From a virus (Duplodnaviria; Caudoviricetes), in IMG/VR virus record IMGVR_UViG_3300028914_000066, positions 28,970 through 92,969 of that record: DNA of 64,000 nucleotides; one strand, 5' to 3'. The stretch's first letter is position 1, and each line of letters begins with the position of its first letter. Below are positions 9,600-19,767 of this stretch, piece by piece. Below the pieces are notes generated by a model that saw nothing but the letters and a program-made list of their open reading frames with translations, ran no database searches and was not told where the DNA came from. A program made the translations under genes and the position numbers.

Positions 9600-9877
9600 G
9601 AATGTTGTTAGTTAGAGAATTAAGAGAACTAGCTACAAATATAGAACTTGATAGATGTGAGGCAACAGATGAACAAGGTTTAGATGTATTAGATCTTCTT
9701 CGTCATAAACCTATGTATAAAGAACAATCATATGAATATCTTGGATTAGGTAGAAGTAGATTTGATGATTTAGTTCGTGATGGTATTCTACCAAAAGGTA
9801 GAAAAGATAAAGGTGGAAAACTTTATTGGTATAAAGATGAACTAGATAAAGCAATAAGAGATTATAAAGTAAAGTAA
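9584..9877 (+). CDS. Excisionase/AlpA-like helix-turn-helix DNA-binding protein
   Basis: KEQSYEYLGLGRSRFDDLVRDGILPKG…LYWYKDELD is an Xis/AlpA winged-HTH pattern. Confidence 0.75.
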   Translation: MREGLRMLLVRELRELATNIELDRCEATDEQGLDVLDLLRHKPMYKEQSYEYLGLGRSRFDDLVRDGILPKGRKDKGGKLYWYKDELDKAIRDYKVK

Positions 9878-9907
9878 AATTCAGTGCCGTAAATCGGTAG
9901 TGCTTGC

Positions 9908-9949
9908 AGTCGCTAAATAGTTGATATTTAGCGGCTTTCTTTGTTTTGT
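9908..9949 (+). terminator. Intrinsic terminator
   Basis: Stem agtcgctaaata / tatttagcggct followed by ttctttgttttgt. Confidence 0.75.
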
Positions 9950-9958
9950 CGGCATTAT

Positions 9959-9989
9959 TTTGTTTGACCTGATGTGCGTATTACCTTAG
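9959..9989 (+). promoter_or_regulatory. Possible Bacteroidota-type promoter (-33 TTTG, imperfect -7 TACCTTAG)
   Basis: TTTG at 9959-62, 19-bp spacer, TACCTTAG at 9982-89 (consensus TAnnTTTG, one mismatch). Confidence 0.4.
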
Positions 9990-10061
9990 TGCCATAAATC
10001 AATTACGCGCGAAATTGAAATATTAAATTTAATCAACTTTAAAAACTTAAATGAAGAAATT

Positions 10062-10985
10062 ATGGCACAAGATGGTGTATTTATTTATCCAGACGCAGCA
10101 AGACCTGCTACTTCTACTATTGACCCTAATCTTATGTTGGCTCTTAGTAACAATGGTGGTTTTGGTGGTAACAACGCTTGGTATTGGATAATATTCTTAT
10201 GGATGATGTGGCAGAACAATGGTGGTCGTGGTAATTTTAATGACTATGTTGCATCAATGAATGGTAATGAAGGTCGTCAGTATCTTGCAGAAATAATGAA
10301 TGGTAGATTTGATAATATTAATACTTTAGCTCAGATTGTTAATACAGGTGTAGAAACTGTTAAGAATGGTATATTCACTCTTCAGACTTCTATTCAGCAA
10401 GTTGGTGCTCAAGTTGGTATGTCAGGTCTTGAAGTTCAGAATGCTATTGCTCTTGGTAATGCTGGTCTTGCTAAACAATTATGTGAGTGCTGTTGCGAAA
10501 ATAGACTTGCTATTGCTAATCAGACTGCTGCTCTTCAGAGTAGTCTTGCTGCTCACGATGCTAGTGTTCGTTTGCAACTTGCTCAGAATGAAGCTGCTGA
10601 TCAATTAGCTGTATGTCAGCAAACTAATGCTTTATCAACTCAGGCTGATAGAAATGCTAATAGTATTCTTAATGCTATTGCTGGTCAAAATACTCTTATA
10701 ACTAAGGAGTTCTGTGATTTGAAAGAACGTGAACTTCAGAATAAGATTAATACACAAGGTGATATTATTACTCAGTTACGCAATCAGATTAGTAACGATA
10801 AACAAAGTGAAATGTTTAATGCTGCTATAAATGCTCTTAATGATAAGATAACTTTACTTGCAGCTAAACAGCCTAACACTGTTCCTGTTCAATATCCTAA
10901 TCTTGTAGCTGCTAATGCTACACCTTATGTAGGTGGTTATGGATATGGTTATGGAAATGGTTTTGGCGGTGGTATTGTATTATAA
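10062..10985 (+). CDS. Conserved phage protein with a Gly/Trp-rich N-terminal TM segment, CxCCC motif and long coiled coil
   Basis: 307 aa. GGFGGNNAWYWIIFLWMMW; QLCECCCENRLAIANQ; Gly/Tyr-rich tail. Confidence 0.8.
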   Translation: MAQDGVFIYPDAARPATSTIDPNLMLALSNNGGFGGNNAWYWIIFLWMMWQNNGGRGNFNDYVASMNGNEGRQYLAEIMNGRFDNINTLAQIVNTGVETVKNGIFTLQTSIQQVGAQVGMSGLEVQNAIALGNAGLAKQLCECCCENRLAIANQTAALQSSLAAHDASVRLQLAQNEAADQLAVCQQTNALSTQADRNANSILNAIAGQNTLITKEFCDLKERELQNKINTQGDIITQLRNQISNDKQSEMFNAAINALNDKITLLAAKQPNTVPVQYPNLVAANATPYVGGYGYGYGNGFGGGIVL

Positions 10986-11008
10986 TTAACGGATAAGGAG
11001 GTAAAAGT

Positions 11009-11347
11009 ATGAATTGTTGTAATCAAGTTATAGCAACTAATGCAGGTGGTATTCCGTATATTGTATCTACAAATACTGTTATTGGAACAGAAAATATTAA
11101 TATTGCTTTAGGTTTTCGTAGAGTTCAACCAATAGGATATATGTCAATTATTATATCTGATGTTATTCCTGCTGATGCAACTACTACTCTTCCTGTAACT
11201 CTTACTATGAATGATACTACTAGAGCTTTAACATTGCCTAATGGTACTCCGGTAACTGCTGCAGAATTATTAAATGTAAGTAATATACTTATATTTAATG
11301 ATAGAAGTAAAGGCTTATTAACATTAATGTCCCGTACAACTGCTTAA
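11009..11347 (+). CDS. Hypothetical beta-rich protein
   Basis: 112 aa, preceded by AAGGAGGT. Confidence 0.75.
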   Translation: MNCCNQVIATNAGGIPYIVSTNTVIGTENINIALGFRRVQPIGYMSIIISDVIPADATTTLPVTLTMNDTTRALTLPNGTPVTAAELLNVSNILIFNDRSKGLLTLMSRTTA

Positions 11348-11373
11348 TATAATAATTTAAAAAGTTAATAACT

Positions 11374-11874
11374 ATGTTTTCAAATTTAACGCAAGGAAGT
11401 ATTCTTTATGGATATGATGCTAAAGAAACTTTTAAATATTTTACAGCTCCTATTGTTAGTGTAAGTCTACCTAGACTTAAAAATAAACCTAATGGTTTCT
11501 ATCCACTTACAGAAATGGTTGTGGATATAGTTGCAACAGTTAATGGTGAAAGACGTGAGTTCCAACAAGTGCCCAGCAACACAAGTATTGCTGATTTTGG
11601 AGAAAACTCTTTTGTTATTGCTGATAGTAAAGAAGCTCTTAATGCTTTTATAGATTCTCAACTCATGAATGTTGATAACAGACTTAATAATATTGAGAAA
11701 GATAAACATTTAAAAGTTGAATATGAATCTTTACAAAAACAAATTAATCCTAATTTACGGCAATCAGTAAATGATGATGAAGTTAAAGAATTAAGAGATA
11801 AAGTTAATTCAATGGAAGGTTCACTAAAAGAAATACTTTCCTTGCTTAAACCTGGAAATGATAAAAAAGAATAA
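11374..11874 (+). CDS. Hypothetical protein with C-terminal coiled coil
   Basis: 166 aa, operon context. Confidence 0.75.
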   Translation: MFSNLTQGSILYGYDAKETFKYFTAPIVSVSLPRLKNKPNGFYPLTEMVVDIVATVNGERREFQQVPSNTSIADFGENSFVIADSKEALNAFIDSQLMNVDNRLNNIEKDKHLKVEYESLQKQINPNLRQSVNDDEVKELRDKVNSMEGSLKEILSLLKPGNDKKE

Positions 11875-11880
11875 TAAATT

Positions 11881-12096
11881 ATGATGGTAGTTAAATTTCG
11901 TTCTTCTGAAAGTAAAGATACTTTAAAGAAGTTAAAGAAAATGCATAAATTTACTAAAGAACTTATTGAGTGCTTTGAAGATAAAATGCATGACGAAGAT
12001 GATGATGATTATGATGAGGATTATCGTGAAGATGAAGATTGGCGTGATGAAGATCCTCGTATGAGTAAGCGTTATCGTAGAGGTGGTATGCGTTAA
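11881..12096 (+). CDS. Small acidic/basic hypothetical protein
   Basis: 71 aa, D/E-rich tract followed by KRYRRGGMR. Confidence 0.7.
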   Translation: MMVVKFRSSESKDTLKKLKKMHKFTKELIECFEDKMHDEDDDDYDEDYREDEDWRDEDPRMSKRYRRGGMR

Positions 12097-12106
12097 ATTA
12101 CTAATC

Positions 12107-12144
12107 AAGAGCAACGATTTCTAATACTTGATTTCGTTGCTCTT
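12107..12144 (+). terminator. Intergenic hairpin (attenuator or mRNA-stability element)
   Basis: aagagcaacga / tcgttgctctt, 11-bp perfect stem with a weak U-tract. Confidence 0.5.
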
Positions 12145-12159
12145 ATAATTTAAAAAGCT

Positions 12160-12582
12160 ATGAAACGAAGAGAAAATTTTACAGCTTATGAAGTATTACC
12201 TGATGATTTATATATTTATATGAGTCATTATGGACCTCATTTTACTAAAGAACTTTGTGATTATGCAGTAAGTTTAATGTATGCTGATGATGAAAATGGA
12301 AATAAGAAAAATATAACTCCTTATACTAAGGAACAAGTTGAAAATCTTCTTAAATCTTATAATATAAAAGTTAAGTATGCAAAACTTTATGATTGTGTAT
12401 ATGTAGCTAATATGTGTAAATTTGATTATTTAGGAAGTGCTATTCCTAATGAACAATATTTAGCTAAATATATTAAAGATACATTAGATGATTCTGATGG
12501 TGCAGAAGGTCTTATGTTTAATAGATGGATTGCAGATATGAAATGGTTAGGAGAACCTATTGATTGGTCTGAATTTATATGA
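12160..12582 (+). CDS. Conserved Bacteroidota phage helical protein
   Basis: 140 aa with YGPHF…YVANMCKFDY…IDWSEFI. Confidence 0.75.
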   Translation: MKRRENFTAYEVLPDDLYIYMSHYGPHFTKELCDYAVSLMYADDENGNKKNITPYTKEQVENLLKSYNIKVKYAKLYDCVYVANMCKFDYLGSAIPNEQYLAKYIKDTLDDSDGAEGLMFNRWIADMKWLGEPIDWSEFI

Positions 12583-12965
12583 TTAAACAAGTATTTAATG
12601 TAGAACATTATTGGAAGGTTATAATTTACTATAATGTAGATTATAGCCTTTTCAATATTATAGCTAATACTTTGAAAGAAATACAATGTCCTAATTATAT
12701 CATAAATGATATATATTATCAAATGAAAACACAAAGAGCAAAAGCTGTAACAATAAGTAATTGTAAATATAAAACTAGTATTTTGCTTTTTAATAAACAT
12801 TCTGATTATTATGATTATATTAATTCAGCAGTACATGAGGCTGAACATATAAAACAAGCTCTTTTAAAATGTTATAAAGTTAATGATGAAGGAGAAGCAC
12901 CAGCATATACTATAGGGTTCTTAGCATCAAAGATGATAAAGAAAATGATCAATGTAATTTTATAG
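12579..12965 (+). CDS. Putative zincin-like metallopeptidase
   Basis: HExxH (VHEAEH) with a downstream E in EAPAY. Confidence 0.65.
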   Translation: MIKQVFNVEHYWKVIIYYNVDYSLFNIIANTLKEIQCPNYIINDIYYQMKTQRAKAVTISNCKYKTSILLFNKHSDYYDYINSAVHEAEHIKQALLKCYKVNDEGEAPAYTIGFLASKMIKKMINVIL

Positions 12966-13089
12966 CTGTCTATATCTAAATGTTTTATAATAATTTAATT
13001 TTGGCTCTAAACGCATTAATTTTCAGGTAGTTAGATACTTAATTTAAGTTTAAATATGCCGTCAAAGCATATCCCAGCAGGGTTATGGG

Positions 13090-13121
13090 CTTGTTTTTCT
13101 TATTTATATATTATATATTTG
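13090..13121 (+). promoter_or_regulatory. Bacteroidota sigma-type promoter
   Basis: cTTG at 13090-93, 20-bp spacer, TATATTTG at 13114-21. Confidence 0.55.
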
Positions 13122-13188
13122 CAATACATATTATATATAATAATATTATATAATATATAATTAATAATAATATACATAATATAAATAT

Positions 13189-13210
13189 AAGCACCCCTGT
13201 AAGAAAAGAA
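13189..13210 (-). repeat. Dispersed motif copy 4 (C-orientation)
   Basis: aagcacccctgtaagaaaagaa, intergenic. Confidence 0.8.
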
Positions 13211-13346
13211 TATACTATTCTGGGATATGGTTAAACAGATTTTCTTTCATACGCACTTATTCATATTGTGTAATTTATCTTAATAATTAGGTTAGTGATT
13301 TTGGTTAATAAACATAAAGTAGTTAGAGATAATAACTTTAATGTTG

Positions 13347-13368
13347 TTCTTCTTTTACGGGGGTGCTT
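13347..13368 (+). repeat. Dispersed motif copy 5 (G-orientation)
   Basis: ttcttcttttacgggggtgctt, upstream of the 13395 start. Confidence 0.9.
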
Positions 13369-13394
13369 TAATTAAGATAATTATTCATATTTTT

Positions 13395-14078
13395 ATGGCT
13401 AGTATAAATCAACTTGTATCTGAATTTGCTCACAGTGTTGGTATGCCCAACAATAAAGCACTTCGTGAAAATCTTAAACTATTGATTGTACAAACTCGTA
13501 ATGAGGTTGTTAGACGTAGTTATGAGAATCATGGTTATGTTGATAAAATATTAACTCAAAGATTTGAAGTTTCATTAACAAATGTTAATGATGGAGATAT
13601 TCAAATTCCTGAAGGAATTGAAATAGATATTGCTAAAATAAAGAGAACTACACAAAAAGTTCCTAGACCTATAAGATTAACAAATAATCTTCCGTTTGAT
13701 AGAGTAAGCTCTGTTGGTTTTGCAACTAGCAGAGTTTTTCCTTATATCAAGGAAACAAGTGCTAGATTTAGAAATGCAGTTCCAGGTCTTAGTGGAATGA
13801 TTTGTTATGATTATATTAATGAATATATTTATTTATTTCCTACTAATTGTAATAGTATAAAGTTAGATAAAATTGTAATTGAGTCTGCTTTTGAACATCC
13901 AAATGAAATTGCTATAATGCAAGGTGATGACGAAATGACTATTGCTATGGATAATAATGAATGGTTATTATCTGAAGATATGATTGGACAAATAAAAGAA
14001 TTAATATATAAGAGAGATTTACTTTCAACAATTAGGCAGACTAATGAAATTCCTAATGAAGTAAAATTTAATAATTAA
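13395..14078 (+). CDS. crAss-like tail ring / structural protein
   Basis: Track ORF 13341..14078, likely start MASINQLVSE at 13395. Size and position before the tubular and muzzle genes. Confidence 0.6.
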   Translation: MASINQLVSEFAHSVGMPNNKALRENLKLLIVQTRNEVVRRSYENHGYVDKILTQRFEVSLTNVNDGDIQIPEGIEIDIAKIKRTTQKVPRPIRLTNNLPFDRVSSVGFATSRVFPYIKETSARFRNAVPGLSGMICYDYINEYIYLFPTNCNSIKLDKIVIESAFEHPNEIAIMQGDDEMTIAMDNNEWLLSEDMIGQIKELIYKRDLLSTIRQTNEIPNEVKFNN

Positions 14079-14084
14079 TAAGTT

Positions 14085-15035
14085 ATGGCTATTAAAGAAA
14101 TACCTACAAAGCTGTCAGAATATAAAACTGCTTGTATGCGAGCATATTCTGCAAAAAAGGAGAAATTTGTAGATAGTCTAAAAGACAAAGAAGAAGAATC
14201 TATAAAGCTTCACAATAAATGTGTTGAGTATGTAGATCAAATTAAAAAAGAATATAATGTAGATTTAAATTCTTATGAAGAATTTGTTGATAATAAATAT
14301 ACAACAGGTAAATTTGTAAGAACTGCAAAAGGAATGTATCTTAAAGGTGGTGGTGAATTTGAAGTTATTGCTGAACTTTATGAAATATATAAATATTCGC
14401 TTTTGCAAGAAGAAATACATGATATTCAAAGACAAATAGAACTTTGTGATAAAGTTCTTAATTTGACTCTTAAACAATATACTGAATTTATGGAAACTTA
14501 TTTCCTTAAAGTTCACGAAAAACTTGTATTAGATGGATATGGTTATGTATTTGGTCATAATATAGGTTGTGTATGTGTTAATAGAGTAAAACAATATTCT
14601 AGAAAGAAACTTATAGATTATAAGAAAACAAAAGAAAGAAAAGAGCAGCTTTTAGCTGAAGGTAAAAAACTTTATAATAAAGAAGAAGAAGCTCAATATC
14701 ATAGAATGGGTATGGAGTATGATGGAGTTGATTATAGAGTTTATAAAGAAAATGAATATAATTACGAAGTTTGCTTATTTGATTGTCATTTTGAAAATGC
14801 TGGTAATTTTGAATTTGTAGCTAATGATTGGAGAAATAGAGATCTTAGAGGAAAAACAAATGATGATTTAATAAGAGAATGTAATTATAAAGTAGAAGAG
14901 ATTGCAAAACTTAAAGTTGATGTTAAAACAAAAGCAACTCTTTGTACTCAGGTTGATGATATTTTTTATACTAAATTTATAAGAAATGAAGATCAAAAAT
15001 CATATAGGTTTGGAAAGGCTGATAGGAAAAATTGA
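14085..15035 (+). CDS. Conserved crAss-like hypothetical protein (basic; possibly distantly IHF/HU-like)
   Basis: 316 aa. EKLVLDGYGYVFGHNIGCVCV…IDYKKTKERK segment, located between ring genes. Confidence 0.5.
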   Translation: MAIKEIPTKLSEYKTACMRAYSAKKEKFVDSLKDKEEESIKLHNKCVEYVDQIKKEYNVDLNSYEEFVDNKYTTGKFVRTAKGMYLKGGGEFEVIAELYEIYKYSLLQEEIHDIQRQIELCDKVLNLTLKQYTEFMETYFLKVHEKLVLDGYGYVFGHNIGCVCVNRVKQYSRKKLIDYKKTKERKEQLLAEGKKLYNKEEEAQYHRMGMEYDGVDYRVYKENEYNYEVCLFDCHFENAGNFEFVANDWRNRDLRGKTNDDLIRECNYKVEEIAKLKVDVKTKATLCTQVDDIFYTKFIRNEDQKSYRFGKADRKN

Positions 15036-15648
15036 TAATGATTTTAATATTAGTGAAAGTGATTGGATACCTAGAGTAGCAGCATGGACTATTGATGCTC
15101 TATCTCAAATGAAAGTTCTACCTATGGAAAAGAAGGTTAGAACTTTAGCTGTTTCTGAGAGAGTTGCAAAATTTCCTTGTGCATTAAATGCAAAAGAATT
15201 AAAGGTATTTTATAATCACACTGAAGTTCCTGTTTATGATAGAAATAAAGTATATGGTTGTACTGAAGGTCAAGATTTAAAAGGATATTATTTTGTATTA
15301 GATAAAAATGATAATATAATTTTAGGCTTTGATGCTGATGAAATTGAAGTAGAAAGTTATGAAGTAGCTACTTATTATGACGAATATTATCAGTGTGATT
15401 GTCCTTATATTTATGAAGATGGTAATCTTCTTGAAGCTCTTGCTTGGTATTGTATGTTTAAATATCTTAGTAGAGGTTCTAAACATCCTGTATATAGTTT
15501 AACATCTCCTAATCCAGCACTTAATCCTTATTTTCAGTGGAAAGGAATTAAATCTAAAGCAGCTGCTTCTGTTAAAAACAGTATTGCTAAAGATAATGGT
15601 GGTTGGAATAACTTTTTCTATAATGCTACATTTTTACCTAGAAGTTAA
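14986..15648 (+). CDS. crAss-like tail tubular/ring protein
   Basis: 220 aa immediately upstream of the muzzle gene, as in crAss-like tail modules. Confidence 0.55.
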   Translation: MKIKNHIGLERLIGKIDNDFNISESDWIPRVAAWTIDALSQMKVLPMEKKVRTLAVSERVAKFPCALNAKELKVFYNHTEVPVYDRNKVYGCTEGQDLKGYYFVLDKNDNIILGFDADEIEVESYEVATYYDEYYQCDCPYIYEDGNLLEALAWYCMFKYLSRGSKHPVYSLTSPNPALNPYFQWKGIKSKAAASVKNSIAKDNGGWNNFFYNATFLPRS

Positions 15649-15651
15649 GTT

Positions 15652-18600
15652 ATGGATATTATAAAAAGACTACAATTAAATAAAAATCCTAAGGATATTA
15701 AAAGTGGAAGTATAATAGGAGCTAAGAATATAATGCTAGATCCTATTAGTTCTTCTATTACTAATGAATATGGATTTACTTCAGCGTTTGATGCTAAAGA
15801 AATAATTGGAGAAGGATATAAAATTGTTGGAGTTATTCCTTGTAATGAAGAAATTATTATATTTTTATATAATAATAATAGCCTTGAATCTAAAATTTAT
15901 AGATTAAATGAAGTTAATAATGCATTAAGTAAAAAAGTAGAATCTAATTGGAAATGGGAAGGTGGTGAAGTATTTGGAACATTTGCATACAATTATAAAA
16001 ATGAACTTATAATAGCTATTTCAGAGAAAAATGCAAATAAAGATGTTCCATTAAAAATAATGAATCTTGATACTTGTAAATCTACTGATAAAATTACATA
16101 TAATTTAGAAGAAGAAATACCTAAATTTGATATAAATTATATTGTAGAACAAAAAGGTTCATTAGTTTGTGGAGTATATACATTTTTTATAAGATTTATA
16201 ATAAGTAAAGATACTTATACTAAATGGTTTCAATTAACAGATGATATTATTATATTAGATTCTGTAATAAAAGAAAGACCTAAACATAAATATGATGAAG
16301 GTTATTTGGAAATATCTGGTACTAAAAATATACTTATAAATACAAATTTAATTTCAAATAGGTCTATATTATTAAATTTAAATATAGAAAAAGATAAATT
16401 TGAAAAATATCAGATAGGATATGTTATTAAACATGATTCTGATGTAAAAGGAAGAATATTAAATAACTATGATATTAATATCAAAAATATAAATGTTTCT
16501 AATAATGATTTTTTAGAAGAAATAAATATAGATAATTTTTTAGAAGATCCTAATCAATTTTATAATGTAAAAAATTTATTAAATTATAATAATAGATTAT
16601 ATTTATCTAATTATTCTTTTAATAAAAATGATTATAGGAAGAATCAAGAAATAGCAAGTAAAGTAACAGCTTTTTTAAAAACTATAGATGTTCCTGTAAA
16701 TTTAGATGATAAATACGAATATCAAGTATATTCATATTATGGAAATGATAATACAGCAGATCTTGAATATGTATGTAATTTAGATAATGGTCTTATATCA
16801 AATTTAAATACAGAAGAAAGTCAAAAATTTTTACAAAAAATAGGATTATATAATAAAGCATATGATTTTATACATAATGCTATAGATTATTTAAATGTAC
16901 AAAGTTGGAAAAATTCTATAACTCCCATAGCACCAGAAGATAATTATAATTTATCTAGTAATCCTATACAAGGAGTTTCAGGAGATGCTGAATTTTGGAT
17001 AATACCTGAAGATAATGATGTTAGTAATTTAAAGAAATCTATAAGATTAGCTCATTGTATAAATATAGTTTATGATCAAAATCAACATTCTAATACTAAT
17101 TATAATGTAATATTTGATGATCATATAAAAGTAATAACAAATGGAAATAATGATATTATATTAAAACAAGGAAATATTACTGTAAATTTAAAAAAAGCAT
17201 ATTTTGGTGTTTTACTTTGGACTATAAATGGAAATAGTGAATTTTCTGATATTGTTAGTGATTATGGAGTAAGCACTCCACAATGGCGATTTACTGAAGA
17301 TAATCATACTAAATTTTTTCTTAAATTTGAACAACGAGAAATATTATTTGACTATTCTAATATAGGACTTCATTACAATAATAATAGAACTTTAATACCA
17401 GGACAAGTATATAATTTTTATATTCATTTTGTTAGAAAAGATATGTCTGTAACTGAAGGTTATAGAATATCTCCTAAAAATGAACCTATAATAGATGAAA
17501 ATACTAAAATAGCTTATTTATATGGAGATGAACCTTTAAATTTCTTTTATAGAATACTAATAAATGGAACATATTATTTTTATTGTCCTGGTATTTGGAC
17601 TCAATATAATAATAAATTAATAGTTCCTGAATTTAGATTAAATATAAAAGAATTAAATAATACTGAATTTATAGGATTTTTTATAAGTTATGAAAATGTA
17701 AATATAGTGTCTATTCCTGTAGTAGGTGTAGATGAAAGAAAAGAACAAAGTGAAAGTAAAATTATTTATAAATATTTTACAGTTACTGATTATTTATATA
17801 ATATAAGAGAATTAACAGGAAATAATATTTTAGAAACAATATGTATAGATCCTACTGGAACTCATGTACCTAGTATATATCCTATTTTAAACAAATGTAC
17901 ATATGTAGAACCTTATAAAGAAAAACATATAAAACTTGTTTCTGATATTAATGATTTTCAAAAAGGAAATTCTGATAAAATATCAAGAAAATATACATTA
18001 TGTATAGATAATAAAAATATATATCAAAATAATTATAAAACTTTATATCAACTAACTAATATTGTTTTTATACAAGAAAATAAATCTATATTAAAAACTG
18101 ATTATAATACAGCTTATTGTTTTTTACCTGGATTTTTTAATTATGAAAAAGTATTTGTTTATAATGGAGAATATATATTATCTCCTGTAACAAATCATAA
18201 TTATGATAAAGAAGGTAATAAGATAGGTAAATATGTAATAACACAATTTCTTTATAATAATTATTCTAATACTCCTATAAATGCTATGTCATTAAAACAA
18301 GATTATGATAAAGGTAGTCTTGTTTTAGTTGATGAACATGGAGATGTTAAAGAAACAGTATTTAATAGTGTTCTTGAACCTAATAAATTATCTGATTTTC
18401 TTGAATTAAAATCAGCTTATACTTCTAAACCTATAAAATCTTATACTAATTATAATGAAGATAGTCAAAATACTTTTGATAAAACAATATATAGAAGTGA
18501 TGTAATTTCTGATGAAAGTTTAAATAATGGATTTAGACATTTTAGTATAGAAAATTACAAAAATATTCTTGAAAATAAAGGTAATATTGTAAATATTGTA

Positions 18601-19767
18601 GGTTATGGACTTTATTTATTAGTTCATACAGAATATTCTTTATTTGTTTTTGATAGAAGTAATCAACTTTCTGAAAATGCACAATTACAAATACCTGATG
18701 TATTTGATATTGATTATAGAGAATTAACTCCTAGCGGAGAAGGTTTTGGTGGACTTAAAAATAAAGAAGAATCTATTCTTACAAAACATGGATATATTTG
18801 GTTTGATAGAATAAGTAAATCTATATTTGTTTTTAATGGAGAAATAAAACCTATATCTGGTGATATTCATAAACTTATAAAACAGTTTATGGATAATAAT
18901 AATTATTCTTATATAAGATTTGCTGAAGATTATATAAGTAATAGATTATTAATAACTTTAAGAAGTGATTACAATGTATCTACTTATATAACATTAAGTT
19001 ATAGTTTTGATACTAATACTTTTATAAGTTTACACGACTATACATTTGATAATAATTATAAAACTTATAATAATAGTTATTTATTCTCAAAAGAACATAA
19101 TACTGAATTATTTATTTGGAATAATAAAACATTAGATACTGATAGTTTTAAAACAAATAAATATCCTTTGTTTGATACAATCAAATATGATGATAAAATA
19201 TGTTCTTATGTAGATATAATATTTAATGATTTATATGAAGTTCCTAAAACATTAAATTCTATATCTTATATACTAAGTAGAAATAATTATTATGGTTATA
19301 GTACAAATATAATTGATCAATATTTTAATACAGATTTTGATAATCAAAAACATCAAAATGAATTAAGATTATATAGTGGATTTAAACTTTTTATATGTAC
19401 TGATTTAACTTTTAGTGGTGAATTAGATATATCTAAACCTTTATATAATGAACCTAAAACTGGAGGTGTTAAAGATTTAAAAATTGATAAACCTCGTTGG
19501 AATAATGGTGTATGGAATTTTAATTGGTTTAGAGAAAATATAAATAAAGATGTAACAAATGATGAACTTCAACAACAAGATGTTAATAATCAAATGAAAG
19601 AAGTTTATCAAGAACATGGTAATTTATATCCTTCAGGACTTGAAAAATCAGATATGAGAAGTTTAATAAATGGTAAATATTTTATTCTTAGATTTGTATT
19701 TGAAAGAAATGAAGCAGATCTTAATCTTAAATTTGAAACATTGGATGTAAATATTAGTAAATTATGA
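15652..19767 (+). CDS. Tail stabilization / muzzle protein (P22 gp10-like, beta-propeller)
   Basis: 1371 aa. GVYTFFIRF, NNRLYLSNY, TLIPGQVYNFYIHFV, TLSYS…FISLHDY and C-terminal GKYFILRF motifs. Confidence 0.7.
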   Translation: MDIIKRLQLNKNPKDIKSGSIIGAKNIMLDPISSSITNEYGFTSAFDAKEIIGEGYKIVGVIPCNEEIIIFLYNNNSLESKIYRLNEVNNALSKKVESNWKWEGGEVFGTFAYNYKNELIIAISEKNANKDVPLKIMNLDTCKSTDKITYNLEEEIPKFDINYIVEQKGSLVCGVYTFFIRFIISKDTYTKWFQLTDDIIILDSVIKERPKHKYDEGYLEISGTKNILINTNLISNRSILLNLNIEKDKFEKYQIGYVIKHDSDVKGRILNNYDINIKNINVSNNDFLEEINIDNFLEDPNQFYNVKNLLNYNNRLYLSNYSFNKNDYRKNQEIASKVTAFLKTIDVPVNLDDKYEYQVYSYYGNDNTADLEYVCNLDNGLISNLNTEESQKFLQKIGLYNKAYDFIHNAIDYLNVQSWKNSITPIAPEDNYNLSSNPIQGVSGDAEFWIIPEDNDVSNLKKSIRLAHCINIVYDQNQHSNTNYNVIFDDHIKVITNGNNDIILKQGNITVNLKKAYFGVLLWTINGNSEFSDIVSDYGVSTPQWRFTEDNHTKFFLKFEQREILFDYSNIGLHYNNNRTLIPGQVYNFYIHFVRKDMSVTEGYRISPKNEPIIDENTKIAYLYGDEPLNFFYRILINGTYYFYCPGIWTQYNNKLIVPEFRLNIKELNNTEFIGFFISYENVNIVSIPVVGVDERKEQSESKIIYKYFTVTDYLYNIRELTGNNILETICIDPTGTHVPSIYPILNKCTYVEPYKEKHIKLVSDINDFQKGNSDKISRKYTLCIDNKNIYQNNYKTLYQLTNIVFIQENKSILKTDYNTAYCFLPGFFNYEKVFVYNGEYILSPVTNHNYDKEGNKIGKYVITQFLYNNYSNTPINAMSLKQDYDKGSLVLVDEHGDVKETVFNSVLEPNKLSDFLELKSAYTSKPIKSYTNYNEDSQNTFDKTIYRSDVISDESLNNGFRHFSIENYKNILENKGNIVNIVGYGLYLLVHTEYSLFVFDRSNQLSENAQLQIPDVFDIDYRELTPSGEGFGGLKNKEESILTKHGYIWFDRISKSIFVFNGEIKPISGDIHKLIKQFMDNNNYSYIRFAEDYISNRLLITLRSDYNVSTYITLSYSFDTNTFISLHDYTFDNNYKTYNNSYLFSKEHNTELFIWNNKTLDTDSFKTNKYPLFDTIKYDDKICSYVDIIFNDLYEVPKTLNSISYILSRNNYYGYSTNIIDQYFNTDFDNQKHQNELRLYSGFKLFICTDLTFSGELDISKPLYNEPKTGGVKDLKIDKPRWNNGVWNFNWFRENINKDVTNDELQQQDVNNQMKEVYQEHGNLYPSGLEKSDMRSLINGKYFILRFVFERNEADLNLKFETLDVNISKL

